DNA of 64,000 bases. It comes from an uncultured Actinomycetes bacterium. Its GTDB lineage: Bacteria > Actinomycetota > Thermoleophilia > RBG-16-64-13. Made by a program: the position numbers and the translations under genes. The stretch lies in contig CAWJDT010000001.1 in assembly GCA_963841735.1 (NCBI GenBank), forward strand, positions 1-64,000, in the 5' to 3' direction. Position 1 is the stretch's first letter, and each line of letters starts with the position of its first letter. Below the pieces are notes generated by a model that saw nothing but the letters and a program-made list of their open reading frames with translations, was not told the DNA's origin and made no database searches. Of the stretch, positions 21,307-29,955 are shown one piece after another.

Positions 21307-21336
21307 CGCGATCCTGACAACGGCCGCGAGGCCAAA

Positions 21337-21916
21337 CTACCTGACGCTGATCACACCCCGGCCCACGAGCTCGAAGAAGCAGCGCGCGCACGCGGCCACG
21401 TCCACGCCCGCATCGTGCGCACCGCCGAACAGCGTGCCGAATAGGAACATATGCAATTCGTCGAGCTTGGGCCACTTGTTGCCGTACGGCCCCGAGAGCC
21501 CGCAGTAGTCGGTGCTCTGGATCATGGTGCAGATCATGGACCTCGGAATGAACGGCGGCTGGAGCCCAAGGCGTATGTATTCGGCCGCGATCACACTGCC
21601 ATCGAACCCGGCGTTGTGTGCGACGACTACCTTGGCGTCGCCGGCCACCTGAGACAGCTCGGCGAGCACATCCGCAACCGGACTGCCCCTCGTTGAGCGC
21701 GCGCTCCATCGATATACCGTGGACGCGAAAGGCATCGGGCGGAATCCGAAATCCCTCGGGACGGATGATGCGAGTAGCAGACGAGCAGAGCTGATGTGAC
21801 TCGTCGTGGAAGGCCCAGGCGATCTGGATCGCGCGAGGCCAGTTTGCCAGGTCAGTGACCGGAGCCCGATAGTTGCGCGGAAGCCCATTGGTCTCGCAGT
21901 CGACGATGAGAAACAT
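21337..21916 (-). CDS. DEDDh (DnaQ-like) 3'-5' exonuclease, copy 1, with +1 frameshift near 21687
   Basis: IVDCETNG, VAHNAGFD, WPKLDELH, AHDAGVDV split over two frames. Confidence 0.85.
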
Positions 21917-22023
21917 GGCCCCCTCCCAACCTTAGTGTGCCTAGCGCTTCCGGTGCCGCCAGCGCTTGACGATCGTGGCCGCGCGCGGCTTACCGCGCGG
22001 CCGTGCGGCGCTTTGTTCTTAGC

Positions 22024-22521
22024 TCATGAGTATTTCATGTTGGACCTGTTGTCTCGCTGTTCCCTCAAAGCCTCGAGGTCTCTGCACATCGTTTCAAACT
22101 CGCTGTAGAGCCTCGGATTACCCCTTTTTGTTCGCACATACTTCACGTACGGCATGAACTTGTCTCTCATGTTCAGGAAATAGCTCCCTGACATCCGCTC
22201 GATGATGACCAAATCAAAAATGCCGATATTCACGCCCGCTGCTAGATGCTCAACAAGTGACAGGAACTCCTTGATATCACCTATGTCGTCAGGCTTGATT
22301 TCGTCGACGTTGATGACCTTCCCCTCTCCGAACTTGGCCACGATCTTGTTGGAGATAGGTCGATAGAGCGCACGTACACGATTGACATACTCAACGGTGG
22401 CCTGTTTCTCACGCCGTTCATGATCCGCTTTGAAGGTTCGATAGATCAGAAAGAGCTGCACCCACAGGGCGGATAATGTTGCAAGGGCGATAACGAGGGA
22501 TAGTGCTTGAAATGTTGTCAT
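22024..22521 (-). CDS. DUF4760-like membrane-anchored protein
   Basis: N-terminal TM; DHERREKQAT...EHLAAGVNIGIFD...LYSEFE; RBS AAGGAG. Confidence 0.7.
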   Translation of the reverse strand: MTTFQALSLVIALATLSALWVQLFLIYRTFKADHERREKQATVEYVNRVRALYRPISNKIVAKFGEGKVINVDEIKPDDIGDIKEFLSLVEHLAAGVNIGIFDLVIIERMSGSYFLNMRDKFMPYVKYVRTKRGNPRLYSEFETMCRDLEALREQRDNRSNMKYS

Positions 22522-22620
22522 CTGTCTCCTTCTCAGTGCGAACAGCGACCATGCAGTTTGCATGAGTCCATTACCCAACGCCACGACGTCTTCAGCTCAC
22601 CGGTTTCGAGCGCCATCATG

Positions 22621-22924
22621 CCCCCCTTCACCGCCAGACAGTTCGCATCAAGCTCAGGCTCCAAGAGCAGACTAGCCGCAATCCTCCGCGCCATCCGCGT
22701 GACCCCGCGCCAGTAGGCGACGCCGTTCAGATAGACGTCCACCGCCTGATCGCCCAGTTGAGCCAGAGCCTCCTCCGCGCTGAGGCCCAGGGCCTCAGCT
22801 CCTTGCCCGATGGCCGCCAGCTCTTCGGATGTCCAAGGTCTTGTATTTGCTTTTCCTTTGCCCGGCATGGTGATGCCCCCCTGGCCGGCATGACCCCAAC
22901 CGGCGGTGACGGCCAGATCGCCGG
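22621..22924 (-). repeat. R-M 3'-end copy D, with in-frame internal deletion
   Basis: GDLAVTAGWGHAGQGG...YWRG|VTRMARRI...LAVKG, near-identical to 38820-39238. Confidence 0.92.
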
Positions 22925-22954
22925 CCGGTGCAGATGAACAAGAAGTGATGGTCG

Positions 22955-23382
22955 TCATCGCCAGCCTTCAAACCGAACCCAAGTGTTACCGGATTGGCCT
23001 TCTGCGCTGCGAGACACCACCGGCATGATAAACATGATGATCACTTCCACCGCTTCAGAGAGCTTTGCCGGCACTCGTATGTTCGAGGCCCCTCTCGGCT
23101 ACTGCCGTCGCGGGGTGATAGGTGAGGATCCTGGGGCAGGGCCCGCCTAACAGGGTCGGGTAATCGGCCCATTCTGGCTCGGGGACTGTGGCGTCGTCAA
23201 CGCCGACGTCCAACCGCAACACGAACTTGGCTCCGTCCAGATGACCGCCCGCTCGCGAACTCTGTCCTGGAGAGCCTCGCCAGGAACCCCTCGATGGCGT
23301 AGTACGGGAGCGCCTGCTGGAACTCCAGGCCCAGCTCGTGCGCCCGCCGTAGGAGACGACTCCTGACGCCGGCAGCGCTCAG
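22955..23382 (-). pseudogene. AbiEii nucleotidyltransferase toxin remnant with two internal deletions
   Basis: VRSRLL...YAIEGFLARLS / LDVGVDDATVPEPEWADYPTLL...TAVAE / C-terminal piece; NTase core missing. Confidence 0.75.
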
Positions 23383-23993
23383 AGCAGCGCCTCGAGGTAT
23401 GGACGTACGACGTCCGCCACTCGGTCTACCTTGGCGTATTGCATGATCTCAGCCGGAGTGGTCCGCTTCTCGCGGATCACCTCCTGCAGGGCCTCAAGGG
23501 CCACGTCCGTACCGATGCGGTTGCGGAACTTGAAGCAGTCGGCCACGGTCTTGGCGATACCGAAGACCTTCACAGGCGTGCCTCCCATCTCCCGGGACTC
23601 CACACCCGCTTCGAACGAGGCCGCACTCATATGGAAGACCCCCACCCGTGGTCGATCGATCTGGGGGGTCTTTGTCCCAAACGCCAGGGCGATCTGGACA
23701 TCAAAGGGTATCTGCGTACCTACTTCATGGAGGTCGAGCGCGCTGATGAGGCAAAGTGTCGCGTTGGGCACCCGGCGCATCACGGCTGCCACATCCGGCC
23801 GAGCCGGTAGTGGATGCGACGTCAGGTGGTAGACACCGCGGCTCAGCCACTCAAGGAGCCCTTGGTCGCGCATCCAGTACATCGTTCTCGCCTGCACGCC
23901 AAGTCTCAACGCCTCGGACGTGCGCATGATACCTCCATTGCGCTCGAAGGCCGCTGCTGCTTGCGATAGTGCTGTCTCAGTGGGTTGTCTCAT
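23379..23993 (-). CDS. Type IV TA antitoxin AbiEi
   Basis: GGIMRTSEALRLG...LSRGVY...CLISAL...AKTVADCFKFRNRIG. Confidence 0.9.
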   Translation of the reverse strand: MRQPTETALSQAAAAFERNGGIMRTSEALRLGVQARTMYWMRDQGLLEWLSRGVYHLTSHPLPARPDVAAVMRRVPNATLCLISALDLHEVGTQIPFDVQIALAFGTKTPQIDRPRVGVFHMSAASFEAGVESREMGGTPVKVFGIAKTVADCFKFRNRIGTDVALEALQEVIREKRTTPAEIMQYAKVDRVADVVRPYLEALL

Positions 23994-24067
23994 GAATAGC
24001 AGTTACCATACTTGTCGCTAATCATAGTAAGTTGTATGGCACATGCACTGGTTTCTACCTTCCTGCG

Positions 24068-24216
24068 TGTCTCTGCGCACTCTAGCGCCTGTGCAGTCCC
24101 CGCGCCGTCCAACCAAGGTCGCAGGATGGCGAAGAGGTTGGGTATTCGGTCCGAGTCCGTATGCTAGAGACAGAACACGGGCGTCGGCTGGGCCGATGAG
24201 CTCGTGTTCTTGCTTT
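24068..24216 (+). ncRNA. Candidate small RNA ending in the shared terminator-like hairpin (copy 2)
   Basis: TCTAGCG/TGCTAGA closing stem, CGCCGTCC/GGATGGCG inner stem, hairpin 24172-24210 followed by T-rich run. Confidence 0.4.
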
Positions 24217-24601
24217 CCTCTGGCGCATACCCGCCCCGCGCGCCCTTGACTTTGGGAATCGGGCAGCCTACGCTTCTGTCGGAGGTTCGGCCCAGAGGCG
24301 GCTTTCGGGTGGCTTTGACGGCATTACCTCCTCTTCTATGCCCCACCCCGGTCAAGACTCGCCAGCTGGGCGTGCGCCGGTGTTCGGAGTGTAGGGCTTC
24401 CTGCGTCGGTCCATGCTCTTGCTTCTACGCAGGCTTGCTCCACGCTGCCGGTTTGTCGCCCGCTGATAAACATCGATAAACATGCTAAACCGGCAACAAT
24501 CCAACTGTCCACCACGGTGACGGCCACCTCGCTTTGATTCGCAGGCCGCCACAGTTGAGCGCGATCGGAGGACCAAGGCCTCGACGACCACATGGTGTGG
24601 C

Positions 24602-24707
24602 CCTTGCAACCCGTAGCCAGTAGGGGTACAGTGAAATTGAATCTGACCCCGAGCTAGACTCGGCAGTAGGATTCACCGGGCCCCCGACAAGGGGCCCTTC
24701 CTGTTGC
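24602..24707 (-). ncRNA. Structured element downstream of the DUF3800 gene (copy 1)
   Basis: GGGCCCC/GGGGCCC hairpin, TGAATC/GATTCA stem enclosing CCGAG/CTCGG; conserved second copy at 33936-34040. Confidence 0.6.
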
Positions 24708-25469
24708 CTAGAGACGAACAATTCCCTGCACATCCGATGTGCTGGCCACTTTGCACAAGACCGGGTCCAGACGGTCGAAGTAGTGTCGAGCGCCTTTTCT
24801 ATGGATATAGCCCGCTGCCTCGTGCTTCTGATAGAGGAAGTACGCGTTCACATCGGAGAGCTGGATGAAATAGGAATGCATTGAGTTTCTATGCACGGCA
24901 TCCTCGACCACCGTCTTGATGGGAAGCTGCCGATACCCACTGCCATCCATGTTCGGCACAGGGTTGTAGACGCGCAGCTGTCGCGTGAGCGTCCTGAGCT
25001 TGACCTCGTCAGTCTGATCCACGATCAAGACCCCGAAGTCATCGGCATTGCGGGGACCGGGGAAGTTCCCGTGGGAGTTCGTGTTTTCGAACCGTTGGAT
25101 AAGGGACCGCCACGCTGCCAGAAACACGTCGTAGTCCGCCGGTTTGCCCTGTTTGTCCACAATAACGTTCAGAATACTGACATCAGGCAGCGTGGCCTGC
25201 AGGTCGATCACGTCGCGGAGGAGCCTCAAGCGCATCGACTTGGCTATCCTCGCCAGATCCCCCGGCCTGTGGATGAAGTGACTGGCATGAATCTCGTCGC
25301 GCAGCTTCAAGCCGTAAGTCACCCGCGCGCCTCGCCGGAAGTCGATGATCCGCTGCAGTGTGTCGTGCCAGCGCAACTCATGGACTACAAACCCGCTAAG
25401 GGCGAAATAGCGACTCGATCCTGGCTTCGAGCCCACGTCGCCGCTCTCATCCACGTACAGCAGGTACAC
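24708..25469 (-). CDS. DUF3800 domain protein (RNase H-like)
   Basis: YLLYVDESGD, EIHA, IQLSDVNAY; GTG start after AGAGGTGG. Confidence 0.88.
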   Translation of the reverse strand: MYLLYVDESGDVGSKPGSSRYFALSGFVVHELRWHDTLQRIIDFRRGARVTYGLKLRDEIHASHFIHRPGDLARIAKSMRLRLLRDVIDLQATLPDVSILNVIVDKQGKPADYDVFLAAWRSLIQRFENTNSHGNFPGPRNADDFGVLIVDQTDEVKLRTLTRQLRVYNPVPNMDGSGYRQLPIKTVVEDAVHRNSMHSYFIQLSDVNAYFLYQKHEAAGYIHRKGARHYFDRLDPVLCKVASTSDVQGIVRL

Positions 25470-25573
25470 GGCGCCACCTCTCGACACTCGCGCGGTATTG
25501 CGCCCAATGATGGTTGCCGAGTTCGCTGCGCCCGACAATAGAACTTTGGGCCGACGTCGGCCGCGAGGCCACG

Positions 25574-26153
25574 CTACCTGACTCTGATCACGCCCCGGCG
25601 TTCAAGCTCGAAGAAGCAGCGCGCGCACGCGGCCACGTCCACGCCCGCATCGTGCGCACCGCCGAACAGCGTGCCGAATAGGAACATATGCAACTCGTCG
25701 AGCTTGGGCCACTTATTGCCATACGGCCCCGATAGCCTGCAGTAGTCGGTGCTCTGAGTCATGGTGCAGATCATCGAGCCCGGGACGAAAGGCGGTTTGA
25801 GCCCAAGGCGCAGGTATTCGGCCGCGATCACACTGCCATCGAAGTTGGCGTTGTGCGCGACGACCACCTCGGCGTTGTCGGCCACCTGAGAGAGCTCGGC
25901 GAGCACATCGGCAATCGGGCTGACCCTCGTTCAGCGCACGCTCCATGGATATCCCGTGCACGCGGACGGCGTCGGGCGGAATCCGAAATCCCTCGGGACG
26001 GATGATGCGAGTAGCCGATGAACAGAGCTGATGTGACTCGTCGTGGAAGGCCCAGGCGATCTGGATGGCGCGAGGCCAGTTTGCCAGGTCAGTGACCGGA
26101 GCCCGATAGTTGCGCGGAAGCCCGTTGGTCTCGCAATCGACGATGAGAAACAT
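25574..26153 (-). CDS. DEDDh (DnaQ-like) 3'-5' exonuclease, copy 2, with +1 frameshift near 25920
   Basis: Same 580-bp length and motifs as copy 1; many synonymous differences. Confidence 0.85.
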
Positions 26154-26211
26154 GACCCCCTCCCAGCCCTGGACACGTCGTGACACTCCCACCGGCACTC
26201 CGCGCCATGAA

Positions 26212-26934
26212 CTAGGCCACGCGCCTGGCTTCACGTGGCATCTGCTCCCAGATGTGGCCTTCCAGCGTCCGGCCGGCTGCCCTCTTGCGCACACCGCCCC
26301 AGTGCTTGAAGAAGAACGGCACACCTGCCCTAATGCACGCGTCGCGTACGGAACAAACCCACTCTTGCTGCAGCGGCCGCGCATGAGGGCCCGACTCGCC
26401 ACCGACTATCACCCAGCCGATCCCGTCCAGGCTCAAGTCCGGTAGTGGTCCGAGCAGTGGCTCAATCGACAGGAACTTCACCACCGAAGGGATCTCGCGG
26501 AGTCGTTCCACGCGGCTCAGGCGCTCATTGTCCTCTACGGTGACTCCCATCCAGACGTTTTCGGGCCACGGAAGCAGGGTGGCGACCTCCGCAAGCCGGT
26601 CTGCGCGCTTCGTCAGCAGTTGGTATGTGTGCCGGGGGGTGCGCTCCATCACCTCAAACACGCGCTTGATGAAGTCAACGGGCACCTCCTCATGGAACAG
26701 GTCGCCCATAGAGTTCACGAAGACCATCCGTGGCCTGGCCCATGAGAGCGGCACCTCGACCATATGCTCGTGCGTGCGCACGGCGAAGCCACCGCGATAG
26801 TTGGGCTGCCCCATTGCCTGGAGCCGTTTTGCCATTCGCTCCGCATAGCAGTTGAGGCAGCCTGGAGATACCTTGGAGCACCCCGTGACAGGGTTCCAAG
26901 TCGCCTCGGTCCACTCTATGGTCGTGGTGCTCAC
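26212..26934 (-). CDS. DUF5131 / phage Gp37-Gp68 family radical-SAM-like protein
   Basis: IEWTEATWNPVTGCSKVSPGCLNCYA, FVNSMGDLFH, WVIVGGESG. Confidence 0.92.
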   Translation of the reverse strand: MSTTTIEWTEATWNPVTGCSKVSPGCLNCYAERMAKRLQAMGQPNYRGGFAVRTHEHMVEVPLSWARPRMVFVNSMGDLFHEEVPVDFIKRVFEVMERTPRHTYQLLTKRADRLAEVATLLPWPENVWMGVTVEDNERLSRVERLREIPSVVKFLSIEPLLGPLPDLSLDGIGWVIVGGESGPHARPLQQEWVCSVRDACIRAGVPFFFKHWGGVRKRAAGRTLEGHIWEQMPREARRVA

Positions 26935-27152
26935 TACTGCCCCAAACCCTTCACCATGTGGTTTGCGATCCTGAGTGCGGTCTTCTGTGCTGCCCTCGCT
27001 CTGGCTGGAGACACCCACCAAGCCCTTGCTGCCGACGTCCAGTTTCTCGCCGCGTGGCAAACCTTTATGAACATGATAAACCTGTCGTGTTGCGAACAGC
27101 CCAGCGCGGAAATGCGAAGGCTGTGCGCTGAATACCTTTGGGGGCCACCTCC

Positions 27153-27181
27153 TTGACCGTGGCGGCGCGAGTGGCGATAAT
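27153..27181 (+). promoter_or_regulatory. Sigma70-like promoter TTGACC-N17-GATAAT
   Basis: Canonical spacing, with no plus-strand ORF of substance downstream. Confidence 0.55.
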
Positions 27182-27185
27182 CCCA

Positions 27186-27302
27186 TAAGCGACTAGAGAT
27201 GGAGACGCGTTGCGACTCCAACGGAGCCTCTGGGTTCCGCTCTAGACGCTGACACAGAACACGGGCGTCGGCTGGGCCGATGTGCTCGTGTTCTTTGTTT
27301 TG
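27186..27302 (+). ncRNA. Candidate small RNA (three-way junction + terminator), convergent with the PIN gene
   Basis: CTAGAG/CTCTAG closing stem, TGGAG/CTCCA and CGGAGCC/GGTTCCG hairpins, hairpin 27256-27294 + TTGTTTT. Confidence 0.5.
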
Positions 27303-27315
27303 GGCGGCGAAAGCG

Positions 27316-27990
27316 CTACGTGTTCCTCCGGGTCCAAAGCACCAGGTCGTCGAATCCTCTTGTGGCAAGGATCTCCGGCCAGTGCAGGTTGCCCCGTTTC
27401 TCGCTGACTCGAGTGAAGTGTTCGATGCAGTTCATAAACACCGGCCTATGGCAGTCGTTCGCAGTCAGCACGGCGCGCCTTCGCTCCTGCTCGATGGAAC
27501 AATGCAGCTTCCAGGCGTCGCCTGGTGTGATCAGTCCGCAACTCGCCGCGGCGAGCATGGACGTGAGCATGTACACGAGGGACACTCCATGCTCCTTCGC
27601 CGCCTCGCGGCCCACATCATCGTCCATGACGGCCGTCCAACCGTATCGTCGGCATAGGGCGACCACTTCCGCCTCACCGCGATCCTTATCGTCCTTGCTG
27701 CCCCAACGTCTCCGAAGAGAGGCCACGAGCTGGATGTCCTCGATGTCGTCGACCGGGACCGAGAGCAGCCAGTCTGACTCTAGAATCGCTCTGTTCTCAG
27801 GGTGCCGTGGCAGGGCCGCCCGAAGCTCTTGCTCCATGATCACATTGGCTGTGAATACCCGCGGCCCGAACCAGTCTCCAAGTACCTCGAGGCGTCCCAC
27901 CCTGTTGAAATGAATGGGTACCATGGCGTCCAGGCAAACAAAGCCGGGCCCAGTGGAAAGCGCGACTATGTCTTTGCCTGAGCCCTCCAC
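27316..27990 (-). CDS. PIN-domain (DUF3368-like) toxin
   Basis: CLDAMV, GEAEVVAL, AVMDD acidic PIN motifs. Confidence 0.75.
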   Translation of the reverse strand: MEGSGKDIVALSTGPGFVCLDAMVPIHFNRVGRLEVLGDWFGPRVFTANVIMEQELRAALPRHPENRAILESDWLLSVPVDDIEDIQLVASLRRRWGSKDDKDRGEAEVVALCRRYGWTAVMDDDVGREAAKEHGVSLVYMLTSMLAAASCGLITPGDAWKLHCSIEQERRRAVLTANDCHRPVFMNCIEHFTRVSEKRGNLHWPEILATRGFDDLVLWTRRNT

Positions 27991-28799
27991 TATCCAAGCA
28001 GCTCCTTGACCGCCTCCGCATCGAAATCGGGGTCTTCCGGTCTCTCCATCCCCGCGTCGCTGACAGCGGCAAGCGCCTGCCTCACAGTCATGCCGAGCAG
28101 CTCAGCAAGACGTGCTTCGGATATGACACGCTCCTTGAAGAGTGTCATGGCTCCTCGAGCCAGCATCTCGGGCACCCCCGTGGGCGCCGGGAAGGCGGAG
28201 TCCTCGGCATAGCCCTGACTCCTCATCAGCCGCGCGATCTGCCCCTCCCCGTCCGCCAGGAGAGAGTCGAGAGTCTTCTGGTTGATCAGATCGGTATTGC
28301 GCAGACGGTACGCCAGAGCCTGGTACGACAGGCCGTATCGCCTCATGAGGCCCACGAGTCCCGTCGGAGTAGTCGGACCGCCGAGGGCCTTGACCGACTC
28401 GCGAAGGTCCTCCGTCGGAGCCAGCAGATAGGCAGCAAACGCGTTGGCGGCAACCTCACGCTCGTCGCCGTCGGCCATCACTTCCTCATCTGCGATCAGA
28501 ACATCAGCGGCCTCGAAACGATGCAGCTCGTGGTGTCCAAGTTCATGGGCCGCCGTGAAACGCTGGCGCGACGGACGCTTCGCGGAGTTGACCACAATGA
28601 GTGGAACCCCTGCGGCCTCGCTCCCCCTCCGCATGTACAGCCCGTCGCCGCCCGCCTCGCCGAAGTTGTGCAACGCGACGTGCACACCGCGTCTGCGAAG
28701 CACGTCCCAAACGTCGACCGGCGCGACGCCCAGGCCCAGCTCATGCCTAAGAGCGCGGGCCGCCCTCTCGCCCTGCATCCAAGGAGGCTCACCTTGCAT
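27990..28799 (-). CDS. ImmA/IrrE family metallopeptidase
   Basis: RQRFTAAHELGH, EVAANAFAA. Confidence 0.9.
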   Translation of the reverse strand: MQGEPPWMQGERAARALRHELGLGVAPVDVWDVLRRRGVHVALHNFGEAGGDGLYMRRGSEAAGVPLIVVNSAKRPSRQRFTAAHELGHHELHRFEAADVLIADEEVMADGDEREVAANAFAAYLLAPTEDLRESVKALGGPTTPTGLVGLMRRYGLSYQALAYRLRNTDLINQKTLDSLLADGEGQIARLMRSQGYAEDSAFPAPTGVPEMLARGAMTLFKERVISEARLAELLGMTVRQALAAVSDAGMERPEDPDFDAEAVKELLG

Positions 28800-28800
28800 G

Positions 28801-29133
28801 TCATCTGCCCTCGCGTAAGACGAAGTCTAGGTCGTCCTGAATCCGGCGACCCCATTCGATCATCGGCTTCATGGCCGCCACCGACCCATCACCAGCACGA
28901 GCATGCAGACTCTCGAAGCTGGCCGGCGCGAAGAACCGATCCATAGACACCTGCAGTTCCGTCGCTACCTTCCTCAGTACAAGGCTGTCGAGACCCCGTT
29001 CGCCGCGCTCGATGCGCGACAAGTACGATCCGCTGACTCCGATCGCCCCCGCAACATCCTCGAGCTTCTTCCCCAAGCGTTCGCGCTCCTCGCGTATGCG
29101 CCGACCAACTTGGACACCCCCTGCCTCCTCCAT
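28801..29133 (-). CDS. XRE-family HTH regulator
   Basis: VGRRIREER...LEDVAGAIGVSGSYLSRIERGER. Confidence 0.9.
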   Translation of the reverse strand: MEEAGGVQVGRRIREERERLGKKLEDVAGAIGVSGSYLSRIERGERGLDSLVLRKVATELQVSMDRFFAPASFESLHARAGDGSVAAMKPMIEWGRRIQDDLDFVLREGR

Positions 29134-29160
29134 GCCGTTGACCTCCGCTAGATTGGCAAC

Positions 29161-29189
29161 CAGTATAGCTACTTCTTGTCATCTTGGCA
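29161..29189 (-). promoter_or_regulatory. Promoter TTGCCA-N17-TATACT for the xre-immA-PIN operon
   Basis: Near-consensus boxes about 30 bp upstream of ATG 29133. Confidence 0.6.
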
Positions 29190-29283
29190 AGTGCAACGCA
29201 TCCTCAATCCCTGGAGTATCCAACCAAATGCGATACGCCGGCGCGACCACGGCATTGAGGTGCTGGCTCATCATCATGCCTGC

Positions 29284-29832
29284 CTACCTCATGAAGAACG
29301 GCTGCATATCGGCAAGACTGAGCTCCTTGACAACATCGGAGACTTGGACAAGCTCATATGCCCGGCCGACCGGCAGCGCGGCCAACTCAACGTGTTTGCC
29401 CAGTTCCTTGACGGCCCTCACGGCTTCTGCCAGATCGGCGTCGCCCGAGACGAGCACGGCAACGTCAATCAAACTCTTCGAGGCCAACGACAGCATGTCC
29501 ACGCCTATCCTCATATCGACGCCCTTCTCCACGTATCGCTGAATGGGCTTGCCGCAATTCGGGCACATGCTTTGCTTGTGAGACAACCGGCCGAGGCGCA
29601 CTTCAAGATAGGGGACACGCGCCAGAGCACCGAGGAACTTCTGTTGCTTCTTGCGCTCCTCTTCGGGATGGTCAGGCGACAAGGGGCAGTTGTAGTAGTA
29701 GGTTCTCACCAGGTGGCGCGAGGGCCCCACCAACCAGTCGGCGAACTTCCCCAAGTCCACGTCGGAACGTCCGAAGCTGTCCTTGCAGCAATGGTAGAAG
29801 TTGCTGCCGTCAATGAAGACTGCCACCCGCAT
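29284..29832 (-). CDS. NYN (LabA/DUF88) domain ribonuclease with CxxC insert
   Basis: VFIDGSNFY, EKGVDM, LVSGDADL; MCPNCG. Confidence 0.9.
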   Translation of the reverse strand: MRVAVFIDGSNFYHCCKDSFGRSDVDLGKFADWLVGPSRHLVRTYYYNCPLSPDHPEEERKKQQKFLGALARVPYLEVRLGRLSHKQSMCPNCGKPIQRYVEKGVDMRIGVDMLSLASKSLIDVAVLVSGDADLAEAVRAVKELGKHVELAALPVGRAYELVQVSDVVKELSLADMQPFFMR

Positions 29833-29859
29833 TGGATCCCCCCAATCCGACGATATTGG

Positions 29860-29950
29860 CCTTGAAACGAGTTCAGGGGACCTTGCGGTCCCCTGGAGCT
29901 TCATTTCCTGCTCGGCGTCAAAAGGTGTGACCGAACAGGGATCTGATATG
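29860..29950 (-). ncRNA. Structured two-hairpin leader RNA upstream of the NYN gene
   Basis: CCTGTTCGG..CCGAGCAGG hairpin and CAGGGGACC-GCAA-GGTCCCCTG hairpin with GAAATGA/TCGTTTC base. Confidence 0.6.
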
Positions 29951-29955
29951 CCGGG

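Noticed and set aside
23022-23042. CATGATAAACATG resembling the TAAAC boxes
   Set aside because: Lies within the coding C-terminal remnant of AbiEii (VIIMFIMP)
24515-24526. 12-bp match (CGGTGACGGCCA) to the 5' edge of the R-M repeat downstream of DUF3800
   Set aside because: Too short and GC-rich to distinguish from chance
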